From Convolutriloba macropyga (Eukaryota), in contig NC_134476.1 of NCBI RefSeq assembly GCF_964194025.1, positions 66,526,001-66,590,000 on the forward strand: a stretch of DNA of 64,000 nt, written 5' to 3'. A program made the translations under genes and the position numbers. How positions within the stretch are numbered: position 1 is the first letter of the stretch; every line of letters starts with the position of its first letter. The notes below the pieces were generated by a model. It was not told where the DNA came from and searched no databases. It saw only the letters and a list, made by a program, of their open reading frames with translations. Shown piece by piece: positions 38,281 to 50,730 of this stretch.

Positions 38281-39125
38281 ATGGCTGCTTTACCAATGAA
38301 AGGACTGCAGCAAAGCTTTAAAGCTGAGCTCGAAAAATTTGAGCAACAAATTATGGTTGCTGTTGAGCGGTTGAAAACTGCATTAAATTATTCTGTCTAT
38401 AAAACCAAAAGCCAAGAGTCTGACAGAAAGAAACTGAAAAAGTTGAGCAGGCCCTTAAAAAAGTGCCCCGTAATAGATAGATTGACAACAACTATCAAAA
38501 AGACCATGCAGGAGCAGAAAAAATTCCTGCTTAAGTTTAATGGCGCAGCCATAACATTCATTGGTCTAAATATTGATCACAATAACTCGGTTATCAAAGA
38601 GCTGCTCGACATTAACGAGCACGGAGACATGGTGGCCAATGTCGGGCCAAGCAAGAGACAGAGAGGGAAATCCGTCTTGAAAAGTGAGTAACTGTTCGCT
38701 AAACTTTGGATACAAACGATTTTCTGACTTATCGGTCTGTCTTTTTTTAGTCTTGGCCAAGAAGAAGAAGCATGCTCCTCCACACAAGAAACAAAGAGCT
38801 CGAGTCTTATCAAGTTCTGCTGAAGAGAATGATACCGTGAAAAGTGAGTAACAGTTCGTCAAAGTTTACTAGATAGATTCAAATTATTTCCTGACTTATT
38901 GTTGTGTTTCTCTTTAGTTTCGGTCAAGAAGATGAAGCGAAGAGCTCGCATATTGTCGAGTTCAGATGAGGAAATTGATGACTTATTGAAAAGTGAGTAG
39001 TTCTTGCTTAACACAATTCTGGCTAAGACGGCTTCAAATGATTGCTGCGCGAAGTATGTTGTGTTATTTCCTTCTGACTTATTGATGTTTTTATTTTAGT
39101 TTCGGTCACGAAGAAACTGAAGTGA
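38281..39125 (+). CDS. Orphan lysine-rich protein, 4 exons: join(38281..38683,38751..38843,38918..38992,39100..39125), 198 aa; frame stays open past the TGA to TAA at 39251
   Basis: Three short phase-1 introns (67, 74 and 107 nt), each with an AAAA|GTGAGT donor, a CTGACTTAT branch and a TTTAG acceptor. Exons 2 and 3 are multiples of 3. An acceptor lies 2 nt before the ATG, with an upstream GTAAGC donor at 38071 and ATTAAA at about 39343. May be a recent pseudogene. Confidence 0.7.
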
Positions 39126-39359
39126 CGTGCGTGGATCGAAAGTTCTGATGAAGATGAGACCAGTTTTTTGAGCGTCGCGAACCAGACGGATTCAGCAAAC
39201 TTTGACGATAGCTTTAATGTTGTTGAGATAGAGGAGGGAGAAATTGTTTAAGAAACTTTGCAGCGGAAAACTTAATTATTTCAGTTCTGTCTTATTGCAA
39301 ATGAAACTTTAAGTGCTCTGACTTAGATTTTGGCCATTTAGAATTAAAAAGCACTCTTT

Positions 39360-40005
39360 TCTCATTTTCTGTTCTCTTTTTCTTTTCTCACTTTCTTCTT
39401 TTCTCCCTTTCTTCTTCTTTTCTCACTTTCTCTTCTCTCTTTCTTTTCTTAATTTCTCTTCTCTCTTTCTTTTCTAACTTTCTTTTCTCACTTTCTATTC
39501 TCTCTTTCTTTTCTCACTTTCTTTTGTCACTTTCTTTTCTCACTTTCTTTTCTCACTTTCTTTTCTCACTTTCTTTTCTCTCTTTCTTTTCTCTCTTTCT
39601 TTTCTCTCTTTCTTTTCTCTCTTTCTTTTCTCACTTTCTTTTCTCACTATTTTCTTACTTTCTTTTCTCACTTTCTTTTGTCACTTTCTTTTCTCACTTT
39701 CTCTTCTCACTTTCTCACTTTGTTTTCTCACTTTCCTTCTCACATTCTCTTCTCAATTTCTCGTCTCACTTTCTCTTCTCACTTTCTTTTCTCACTTTCT
39801 GTTCTCACTTTCTTTTCTCACTTTCTTTTCTCACTTTCTTTTCTCACTTTCTTTTCTCACTTTCTTTTCTCACTTTCTTTTCTCATTTTCTTTTCTCACT
39901 TTTTTTCTCACTTTTTTTCTCACTTTTTTCCTCACTTTTTTCCTCACTTTTTCTCACTTTCTTCTAACTATCTTTAACTTTCTTTTCTCACTTTCTTTTC
40001 TCGCT
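39360..40005. repeat. 13-bp minisatellite (TTTCTTTTCTCAC)n, roughly 50 imperfect units
   Basis: Seen directly. Confidence 0.95.
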
Positions 40006-40041
40006 TTCTGTCCCTTAAACATGCAGCCTAGCGTTTTGTAG

Positions 40042-41200
40042 AGGTCAATGACTGAAAACCTGCTTATCAAAATTTATTCCATCGCCAAAAGATTTGTCAC
40101 ACGAAAACAGTCCTTGAATGACATTTGCGATGCATCACAGATATTGACAGAAAAATTATTCTTTAAGTAAAAGTCCGAAATGAAATCAAAGATAAAAAAT
40201 TGTTCATTTGACTGATAAAAGAAATGATAGAGAAATTTGAATCAACTAGATAGAAGTGCAACACGGTCAAGATTTTGTGTAACGTTTTTAATTTCTCAAC
40301 CAAGATTGTTGCGATTTCTTTACTTTCTTCTGTCTTTTTCTGTATCTTTTCTCTCTTTCGTTTTCCTTTTTTTTCTGTATATCTTTTCTCTTTCGCTCTT
40401 TTTTTCTCCCCCTCTTTCGTTTTCTTTTCTTTTTTTTCTGTGCTCCTCTTCAGTGTTCTCTCTTTTTGTCTGTTTCTTTTCTATCTTTCTTTTCTCTATT
40501 TCTCTCTATTTGTTTTCTGTTCTTTTTATTTGTTTTTCTTTCTTTTTCTCTTTGTTCCTCTTCCGCTTGTCTTTAGTTTCTCCTATCTTTTACCCTTTCT
40601 GCTCTTCTCTTTTGCTTTTCGTTCTTTTCAGTCGTTCGTTTCTTGGTCGTTTTTTTCTGTCTTTCTATCTCGTTTCCTTCTTTTCTCTTTCTATTCGATT
40701 TTTGTTGTTTTCGTCTGTCTGTCTATTCTCTTCTTTCTTTTCTCTCTTTCGATTATCTCTGGCTTTTCATTCTCTTTTGTGTGTTTCCTGTCTGTCTTTG
40801 CGTCTTTTCCTTCTGTTTCTTTTCTTTATTCTCTTCCGTCCTTCTTTTCTTGCGTTCTTTTCTGTCTTTCGTTTCTGTCTCTTTTCTCCCTTGTTTCTTT
40901 CTTTTCTCCTTCTATTCGCTTTTTTTCTGTTTTCTGTCTGTCTGTTCTCTTCTTTCGTTAGTATCTTTCGTTTATCCCTTTCTTTTCTCTCGTTTTTCTC
41001 TTTTCTGTATTTCCTGTCTGTCTCTTCGTCTTTTCATTTGTCTTTGTCTTTTCGCTCTTTCGTTTCTCTGTCTTTTCTCTCTTTTTCAGTCTTCTTTCTC
41101 TTGCTTTTGTCTGTTCCTTTTCTGTTTTTCTTTTTCTCATTTTTCTCTTCCTAATTTTTTTCTTTCTTTTTTGTATTCCTTTTCTGTCTTTTATCACTCT
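40042..41200. repeat. Duplicate of about 41772-42900 (unique spacer plus start of the polypyrimidine tract)
   Basis: AGGTCAATGACTGAAAACCTGC...ACACGGTCAAGATTTTG and the following CT-rich sequence recur at a starting offset of 1730. Confidence 0.9.
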
Positions 41201-41303
41201 TTTTTCTCACTTTTTTCTAACTTTCTTTAACATTCTTTTCTCTTTCTTTTCTCGCTTTCTGTCCCTTAAACATGCAGCCTAGCGTTTTGCATGCATTTTT
41301 AAG

Positions 41304-41386
41304 CGCTGCGAGGTGGATTCGAACCGGCGTCTGTTGAGTTTGATCAGGTGATAAAAACCTTCGCAAACCACTAGGTTAAATCCCTT
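41304..41386 (-). other. tRNA-derived (SINE-like) Pol III head
   Basis: Minus-strand A box TAACCTAGTGG and a perfect B box GGTTCGAATCC. Confidence 0.55.
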
Positions 41387-41479
41387 GCTGTTAAGCATCT
41401 ATTAAATCAACGTCGACAGAGAGCCACTGAACACCATGCGCCACATCGTTTTGCATGCATGCTTGCTATTGCCTGAATC

Positions 41480-41790
41480 GAAAGGCTACCTATGCCGTAA
41501 AGGTCAATGACTGATTAGCCGTGGATGCAAAAAACAGGTCATTGACCGAAAAGCTGCAATGTCCGAAAAGCTGCCTGTGCCAAAAAGGTCAACGACCGAA
41601 AAACTGTGGATGCAAAAATAGGTCAATGACTTAAAAGCTACCTATGCCGTAAAGGTCAATGAATGATAAGCTGTGGATGCCAAAATATGTCATTGACCAA
41701 AAAGCTGCCCAAGTCCGAAAACCTACCAGTGCCAAAAAGCTCAACGACCGAAAAACTGGGGATGCAAAAATAGGTCAATGACTGAAAACC
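41480..41790. repeat. 2 x about 152 bp repeat built from subunits carrying AGGTCAnTGACy (IR1) palindromes
   Basis: CTACCTATGCCGTAA at 41486 and 41638. IR1-like motifs at 41501, 41536, 41586, 41620, 41653, 41687, 41738 and 41772. Confidence 0.85.
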
Positions 41791-42004
41791 TGCTTATCAA
41801 AATTTATTCCATCGCCGAAAGATTTGTCACACGAAAACAGTCCTTGAATGACATTTGCGATGCATCACAGATATTGACAGAAAAATTATTCTTTAAGTAA
41901 AAGTCCGAAATGAAATCAAAGATAAAAAATTGTTCATTTGACTGATAAAAGAAATGATAGAGAAATTAGAATCAACTAGATAGAAGTGCAACACGGTCAA
42001 GATT

Positions 42005-45000
42005 TTGTTTAGCGTTTTTAAATTCTCATTCAAGATTGTTGCGATTTTACTTTCTGTCTTTTTCTGTATCTTTTCTCTCTTTCGTTTTCCTTTTTTTTCT
42101 GTATATATTTTCTCTTTCGCTCTTTTTTTCTCCCCCTCTCTTTCGTTTTCCTTTCTTTTTTCTGTGCTCCTCTTCAGTGTTTTCTCTTTTTGTCTGTTTC
42201 TTTTCTATCTTTCTTTTCTCTATTTTTCTCTATTTGTTTTCTGTTCTTTTTATTTGTTTTTCTTTCTTTTTCTCTTTGTTCCTCTTCCGCTTGTCTTTAG
42301 TTTCTCCTATCTTTTTTCCTTTCTGCTCTTCTCTTTTGCTTTTCGTTCTTTTCAGTCGTCCGTTTCTTGGTTGTTTTTTTCTGTCTTTTTCACTCTCGTT
42401 TCCTTCTTTTCTCTTTCTATTCGATTTTCGTTGTTTTCGTCTGTCTGTCTATTCTCTTCTTTCCTCTCTTTCGATTATCTCTGGCTTTTCATTCTCTTTT
42501 GTGTGTTTCCTGTCTGTCTTTTGCGTCTTTTCCTTCTGTTTCTTTTGTTAATTCTCTTCCGTCCTTCTTTTCTTGCGTTCTTTTCTGTCTTTTGCTTCTG
42601 TCTTTCTCCCTTGTTTCTTTCTTTTCTCCTTCTATTCGCTTTTTTCTGTTTTCTGTCTGTCTGTTCTCTTCTTTCGTTAGTATCTTTTGTTTATCCCTTT
42701 TTTTCTCTCTTTTCTCTTTTCTGTATTTCCTGTCTGTTTTTTCGTCTTTTCATTTGTCTTTTCGCTCTTTCGTTTTTCTGTCTTTTCTCTCTTTTTCAGT
42801 CTTCTTTCTCTTTCTTTTGTCTGTTCCTTTTCTGTTTTTCTTTTTCTCATTTTTCTCTTTCTCATTTTTTTCTTTCTTCTTTGTATTCCTTTTCTGTCTT
42901 TTCTCTCTTTTGTCTTTTCTGTCCTTCTTTTCTCTTTTTCTCTTTCTCTCTCTCTATCTCTTTCTGTACTGTTTTTTTAATCTGTCTTTCATTTTCTGAT
43001 TCTTTTTTCTTTTAGTTCCTCCTTCGCTTCTCTTTAGTTTCTCGGATCTTTTTTTCTTTCTGTTTTTCTTTTTGTTTTTTCTTTTCGGTCGCTCCTTTCT
43101 CTGTTGCTTTTCTCTTTCTTTTCTGTCTTTTTCTCCCTTCTGTTTCTTTCTTCTCTTTCTATTTGTTTTTTGTTTTCGTCTGTCTGTCTGTCTACTCTCT
43201 TTTTTCGATTATCTCGCTTCTCTCTTGTTTTTCTTCCTGTTTTCTGTTTTTCCTGTCTGTCTTTTTTGTTTTTCTTTTCCCTTTCTTTCGTTTTTGTCTG
43301 TTCCGTCTTTCGTTTCTCGCTTTATTTTCTGCCTTTCGTTTCTGTCTTTCTTTACTCCCTTCTGTTTTTTTCTTTTCTCTTTTGTATTTGCTTTTCTCTT
43401 TTTTCTGTCTGTCTGTTCTCTTCTTTCTTTTCTCTCTTTCGTTCATCTCTTGCTTTTCTTTCATGCTTTTCTGTCACTTTTTTGTTTTTCCTGTCTGTCT
43501 TTTCTGTCCGTGCTTTGTCTTTCTTTTTCTTATTCCTCTTTTTTCCAGTTCTTCTTTTCTGCCTTTCTTCTCTCTTTTTTTTTCTTTTCTGTCTTTTCAT
43601 TTGTCTTTGTCTTTCGTTTCTCTGTCTTTTCTCTCTTGTCCAGTATTTTTTTTTGTCGGTTTCATTTTCTCATTATTTTTTCTCTGTTCTGCCACTTCTT
43701 TTTTTCTTCCGCTTCCATTTAGTTTCTCGTATCTTTTTTCCTTTCTGTTTTGATTTTCTCTTTCTTTTCTGTCGTCCTTTTCTTTGTTGTTTCTTTTGTG
43801 TCTTTCTTTTTTCTCTTGCTTTTCTCTTTCACTTTTCTTTTTTTTCTGTATTCCCTCTTTCGCTCTTTCTCCCCTCCTTTCTTTGGCTTTTCTTTCCTTC
43901 TTTTCTGTATTCTTTTTCTGTCTTTTTCTTTTGTCTCTTTCTTTTCTGTTCTTTTTTGTCTTTTTTTTCTGTCCTACTGTTCTCTCTCTCTCTCTCTTTC
44001 TGTACTGTTTTTTTTTATTCTGTCTTTTCTCATTCTTTTTCTTTGTTCCTCTTCCGCTTCTTTTTAGTTTCTCGTATCTTTTTTACTTTGTTTTTCTTTT
44101 TTGCTTTTCTCCTTTTCTGTCGTTCGTTTCTCTTTTTTTCTGTCTTTCTTTTCTCTCTTGCTTTTTTCTTTCCTTTCTGTTTTTATCCCTTCTGTTTCTT
44201 TCTCTTCACTTTTTTTCGTTTTTTTCTGTTTTCGTCCGTCTGTCTATTCTCTTCTTTCTTCACTCTCGTTTCCTTCTTTTCTCTTTCTATTCGATTTTCG
44301 TTGTTTTCGTCTGTCTGTCTATTCTCTTCTTTCCTCTCTTTCGATTATCTCTGGCTTTTCATTCTCTTTTGTGTGTTTCCTGTCTGTCTTTTGCGTCTTT
44401 TCCTTCTGTTTCTTTTGTTAATTCTCTTCCGTCCTTCTTTTCTTGCGTTCTTTTCTGTCTTTTGCTTCTGTCTTTCTCCCTTGTTTCTTTCTTTTCTCCT
44501 TCTATTCGCTTTTTTCTGTTTTCTGTCTGTCTGTTCTCTTCTTTCGTTAGTTCCTTTCGTTTATCCCTTTCTTTTCTCTCTTTTTTTCTCTTTTCTGTAT
44601 TTCCTGTCTGTTTTTTCGTCTTTTCATTTGTCTTTGTCTTTTCGCTCTTTCGTTTCTCTGTCTTTTCTCTCTTTTTCAGTCTTCTTTCTCTTTCTTTTGT
44701 CTGTTCCTTTTCTGTTTTTCTTTTTCTCATTTTTCTCTTTCTCATTTTTTTCTTTCTTCTTTGTATTCCTTTTCTGTCTTTTCTCTCTTTTGTCTTTTCT
44801 GTCCTTCTTTTCTCCTTTTCTCTTTCTCTCTCTCTCTAACTCTTTCTGTACTGTTTTTTAATCTGTTTTTCATTTTCTGATTCTTTTTTCTCTTAGTTCC
44901 TCTTTCGCTTCTCTTTAGTTTCTCGGATCTTTTTTTCTTTCTGTTTTTCTTTTTGTTTTTTTTTCTTTTCGGTCGCTCCTTTCTCTGTTGCTTTTCTCTT

Positions 45001-47858
45001 CCTTTTCTGTCTTTTTCTCCCTTCTGTTTCTTTCTTCTCTTTCTATTTGTTTTTTGTTTTCGTCTGTCTGTCTGTCTACTCTCTTTTTTCGATTATCTCG
45101 CTTCTCTCTTGTTTTTCTTCCTGTTTTCTGTTTTTCCTGTCTGTCTTTTCTGTCCGTGCTTTGTCTTTCTTTTTCTTATTCCTCTTTTTTCCAGTTCTTC
45201 TTTTCTGCCTTTCTTCTCTCTTTCTTTTTTTTCTTTTCTGTCTTTTCATTTGTTTTTGTCTTTCGTTTCTCTGTCTTTTCTCTCTTGTCCAGTATTTTTT
45301 TCTTTTGTCGGTTTCATTTTCTCATTATTTTTTCTCTGTTCTGCCGCTTCTTTTTTTCTTCCGCTTCCATTTAGTTTCTCGTATCTTTTTTCCTTTCTGT
45401 TTTGATTTTCTCTTTCTTTTCTGTCGTCCTTTTCTTTGTTTTTCTTTTGTGTCTTTCTTTTTTCTCTTGCTTTTCTCTTTCACTTTTCTTTTTTTTCTGT
45501 ATTCCCTCTTTCGCTCTTTCTCCCCTCAATTCTTTGGCTTTTCTTTCTTTCTTCTCTCTATTCTTTTTCTATCTTTTTCTTTTGTCTCTTTCTCTTCTGT
45601 TCTTTTTTTGTCTTTTTTTCTGTCCTACTGTTCTCTCTCTCTCTCTCTCTCTCTTTCTGTACTGTTTTTTTAGTCTGTCTTTTCTCATTCTTTTTCTTTG
45701 TTCCTCTTCCGCTTCTTTTTAGTTTCTCGTATCTTTTTTAATTTGTTTTTCTTCTCTTTTGCTTTTCTCCTTTTCTGTCGTTCGTTTCTCTTTTTTTTCT
45801 GTCTTTCTTTTCTCTCTTGCTTTTTTCCGTTTCTGTTTTTATCCCTTCTGTTTCTTTCTCTTCACTTTTTTTCGTTTTTTTTTCTGTTTTCGTCCGTCTG
45901 TCTATTCTCTTCTTTCTTTGCTTTCTTTCTATTATCTCTTGCTTTTCTCCATTGCTTTTCTTTCTCTTTTCTGTTTTTCCCGTCTGTTTTTTTTCTTTTC
46001 CTTTTCGTTTGTTTTTTCTCTTCCGTCTTTCTTTTCTCGCACTCTTTTTTGTCTTTCGCTTCTGTCTTTCTTTTCTCCGTTTTGTTTCTTTCTTGTCTCT
46101 ATCGATTCGCTTTTTTGCTGTTTACTTCTGTCTCTCTGTTCTATTCTTTTTTTTCTCTTTCGTTTATCTCTTGCTTTTCTCTCTTGATTTTCTGTCACTT
46201 TTTTGTTTTTCCTGTCTGTCTTTTCTGTCCGTGCTTTGTCATTCTTTTTCTTACTCCTACTTTTTCCTGTTCTTCTTTTCTGCCTTTCTTTTCTCTCTTT
46301 CTTTTTTTTTCTTTTCTGCCTTTCTTTTCTCTCTTTCTTTTTTTTCTTTTCTGTCTTTTCATTTGTCTTTGTCTTTTTTGTCTTTCGTTTCTCTGTCTTT
46401 TCTCTCTTGTCCAGTCTTTTTTTCTTTCTTTTGTCTGTTTCATTTTCTCATTTTTTTCTCTCTGTTCTGCCGCTTTTTTTTCTTCCGCTTCCGTTTAGTT
46501 TCTCGTATCTTTCTTCCTTTATGTTTTGGTTTTCTCTTTCTTTTCTTTCGTCCTTTTCTTTGTTGTTTCTTTTGTGTCTTTCTTTTTTCTCTGGCTTTTC
46601 TCTTTCACTTTTCTTTTTTTTTCTGTATTCCCTCTTTCGCTCTTTCTCCCCTCCTTTCTTTGGCTTTTCCTTCCTTCTTTTCTGTATTCTTTTTCTGTCT
46701 TTTTCTTTTGTCTCTTTCTCTTCTGTTCTTTTTTTGTCTTTTTCTCTGTCCTACTGTTCTCTCTCTCTCTCTCTCTCTTTCTGTACTGTTTTTTTTTAAT
46801 CTGTCTTTTCTCATTCTTTTTCTTTGTTCCTCTTCCGCTTCTTTTTAGTTTCTCGTATCTTTTTTACTTTGCTTTTCTTCTCTTTTGCTTTTCTCCTTTT
46901 CTGTCGTTCGTTTCTCTTTTTTTTCTGTCTTTCTTTTCTCTCTTGCTTTTTTCTTTCCTTTCTGTTTTTATCCCTTCTGTTTCTTTCTCTTCACTTTTTT
47001 CGTTTTTTTTTGTTTTCGTCCGTCTGTCTATTCTCTTCTTTCTTTGCTTTCTTTCTATTATCTCTTGCTTTTCTTTCTCTTTTCTGTTTTTCCCGTCTGT
47101 TTTTTTTCTTTCTTTTCCTTTTCGTTTGTTTTTTCTCTTCCGTCTTTCTTTTCTTGCACTCTTTTTTGTCTTTCGCTTCTGTCTTTCTTTTCTCCGTTTT
47201 GTTTCTTTCTTTTCTCTATCGATTCGCTTTTTTGCTGTTTACTTCTGTCTCTCTGTTCTATTCTTTTTTTTCTCTTTCGTTTATCTCTTGCTTTTCTCTC
47301 TTGATTTTCTGTCACTTTTTTGTTTTTCCTGTCTGTCATTCTTTTTTTTACTCCTCTTTTTTCCTGTTCTTCTTTTCTGCCTTTCTTTTCTCTCTTTCTT
47401 TTTTTCTTTTCTGCCTTTCTTTTCTCTCTTTCTTTTTTTTCTGTCTTTTCATTTGTCTTTGTCTTTTTTGTCTTTCGTTTCTCTGTCTTTTCTCTCTTGT
47501 CCAGTATTTTTTTCTTTTGTCGGTTTCATTTTCTCATTATTTTTTCTCTGTTCTGCCGCTTCTTTTCTTCCGCTTCTATTTAGTTTCTCGTATCTTTCTT
47601 CCTTTCTGTTTTGGTTTTCTCTTTCTTTTCTTTCCTCCTTTTCTTTGTTGTTTCTTTTGTGTCTTTCTTTTTTCTCTGGCTTTTCTCTTTCACTTTTCTT
47701 TTTTTTCTGTATTCCCTCTTTCGCTCTTTCTCCCCTCCTTTCTTTGGCCTTTCTTTCCTTCTTTTCTGTATTCTTTTTCTGTCATTTCTGTCTTTTTCTT
47801 TTTTCTCTTTCTCTCTTTCTTTTCTGTTCTTTTTTTGTCTTTTTTTCTGTCCTACTGT

Positions 47859-47904
<46 letters not shown>

Positions 47905-50681
47905 GTACTGTTTTTTTAATCTGTCTTTCTTTTTCTCATTCTTTTTTCTGTGTTCCTCTTCCGCTTTTTTTAGTTTCTCGTATCTTTTTTACTTTGTTTT
48001 TCTTCTCTTTTGCTTCGCTCCTTTTCTGTCGTTCCTTTTTCTGTTTTTTTTCTGTCTTTCTTTTCTCTCTTGCTTTTTTCTATCCTTTCTTTTTTTATCC
48101 CTTCTGTTTCTTTCTTCACTTTTTTTTCGTTTTTTTTCTGTTTTCGTCCGTCTGTCTATTCTCTTCTTTCTTTCCTTTCTTTCTATTATCTCTTGCTTTT
48201 CTCTATTGCTTTTCTTTCTCTTTTCTGTTTTTCCCGTCTGTCTTTTTTGTCTTTCTTTTCCTTTTCGTTTGTTTTTTCTCTTCCGTCTTTCTTTTCTCGC
48301 ATTCTTTTTTGTCTTTCGCTTCTGTCTTTCTTTTCTCCGTTTTGTTTCTTTCTTTTCTCTATCGATTCGCTTTTTTTCTGTTTTCTTCTGTCTCTCTTTT
48401 CTATTCTTTCTTTTTTCTCTTTCGTTTCTTCTATCTTTTCTCTCTTTCGTTTATCTCTTGCCTTTCTGTCTTGCGTCTCTTTTTTCAGTATTTTGCTGTC
48501 TTTCTTTTGTCTTTTTTTTCTTTCTTTCCTCGCTTTCTTCTTTTTTCTGCCTTTCTGATTCTTTTCGCCGTCTTTTGTTCTTCTCTCGTTTCTCTCTTCA
48601 GTTTCTTGCTCTTACTCATTTTTCTCCCTTCTCTTTCGCTTCTCTCTTTCTTTTCTGTATTTCGTTTGTGTATTTCTTTTATCTCTTTTGATTTTTCTCG
48701 CTCTCATTTCTCTTTTTCTGTTTTCTGTGCTTTTCTTTTGCTTTTTCTTTCCTCGCTTTCTTCTCTTTTCTTTTTTCTGCCTTTCTCATTCTTTTTGACC
48801 TCTTCTGTTCTTCTCTCGCGTTTCTCGCCTCAATTTTTTGTTCTTTCTCATTTTTCTGTCTCTTCTCTCGCTTCTCATTTTCTTTTCTGTCTTTTGTTGC
48901 TGTCATTTTTTGCTTTCTCTTTTTTCCTCTCTTTTTCTGCCTCTCCTTTCTGTCGTTTCTTTCTTTCTTGCTTTTCTTTATTTCTGTCTTTTGTCTCTTG
49001 TTTCTGTTCTCTTTTTTTTTCTGTCTTTCTTTTATCTGTTTCTTCTTTTCTCGCTTCCATTTCTGTTTTTCTCCTTTTTTCTGCTTTTCTTTTGCTTTTT
49101 GTTTCTTGTTTTTCTCTTCTTTCTATATCTTTCGTTTCTTTCTCTTCTGCGTTGTTTCTTTCTCCTTCTTTTCTGTATTGTTTCTCTCCATTTGTATCCT
49201 ACTTTTCTCTTCAATTCCTTTTCTTTTCGGATTTGCTTTTCTCGCTTTGTTTTCTCTACCTTCTTTGTACTTTTTAGTTTCTGTCTTGTCTTTTCCGTTT
49301 TTTTTCTATGTTTTTGCTCTCCTCTCTCTCTCTCTCTCTCTTTCTCTCTCTGTCTTTCCTTTCTCTTTCTCTTCTGTACCTCTTCTCTCGCTTCTTTCAT
49401 TTCGCTTTCTTTTCTATTTCCTTACTGTCTTTTTCTTGATCTCTTTCTTTTCTCCTCTATTCTTTTCTCTTTTCTGATCTTCTTTCTGCCTTTCTTCTCT
49501 TTTGTTTCTGTTTTTTTATATTCTTTTGTTTCTATTTTTTTGGCTTTCTTTCTACTCCTTCTCTCTTTTGTTCTTTTCTCTCGTTTTTTTCTCCTTCAGT
49601 TTTTCGTTCTTTTCGATTTGCTTTCCGTTTTTTCTTTCTCTTGCTTTTCTCTTTCTGTTCTGAGTTTCTTCTGCTTTTTCTTTCTTTTCATTTCTTTCTC
49701 TATCTTTCTCTTCTGTCATTTTTCTCTGTATGGTTTCCTTTTCTCTTTCTTTTCTGTCTTTTCTCTTTGCATTGCTCTCATGCTTTTCTCTCTCTTTCCT
49801 CTCTTTTCTATCTTGCTTTTCTTTCTTTTCTGTCTTTGGTCTCTTTTTTCTGTTTTCTTTTTTCTCTTCTTCCTTTTATCGCCTTCGTTTTCTTCTTGCT
49901 CTCATTTCAGTTTTTCTCTTTTTGCTGCCTTTCTTCTGCTTTTCAAATTTCTTGCTTTTCTCTTCTTTATCTTTCGTTTCTGTCTCTTTTCTCTGTATTG
50001 TTTCTTTTTCCTTTTCTTTTGTCTTTTTTCTCTCCATTTGTATCTTGCTTTTCTGATTTTTTCTTTTCTTTTTTTTTCTGATGTGCTTTTGCTTTGTTTT
50101 CTCTCCTTATCTTCTTTTTTATTTTTTGTTTCTCTGATATCCTTTTTGCTTTTTTCTGTCTTTTCTCTCTCCTCTCTCTCGTTCCTTTCTCTTTCTTTTC
50201 TGTCTCTCTTCTCTTTTGCTTCTTTCTTTCTTTTCGCTTTCTTTTCTCTTCCCTTTCCTTTCTGTCTTTCTCTTTATCTCTTTCATTTCTCTTCCTTCCT
50301 TTTTGTTTCTATTCTCTTTTCTGTTCTTTTTTCTGCCTTTCTTCTTTCTTTTGTCTCTTTTTCTGTTCTCTTTTTCTCTTCTTCGGTCTTTCTTTTATCT
50401 GTTTCTTCTTTTCTCGCTTCCATTTCTGCTTTTCTCCTTTTTTCTGCTTTTCTTTTGCTTTGTTTCTTGTTTTTCTCTTCTTTCTATATCTTTCTTTTCT
50501 TTCTTTTCGGTATTGGTTCTTTTTCTCTTTCTTTTCTGTATTGTTTCTCTCCATTTGTATCCTACTTTTCTCTTCGATTCCTTTTCTCCTTTTCGGATTT
50601 GCTTTTCTCGCTTTGTTTTCTCTACCTTCTTTGTACTTTTTAGTTTCTGTCTTGTATTTTCCGTTTTTTTCTATCTTTTTG

Positions 50682-50730
<49 letters not shown>

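Noticed and set aside
660-41386. B-box-containing segments (about 709, 18780, 33990, 36020, 37225, 41315) as functional tRNA genes
   Set aside because: Acceptor and anticodon stems do not pair, and most sit inside dispersed repeats. Treated as tRNA-derived.
41480-41790. Regularly spaced palindromic repeats as a CRISPR-like array
   Set aside because: The spacers are themselves duplicated (152-bp period), the repeats are only about 13 bp, the context is eukaryotic and there are no cas genes.
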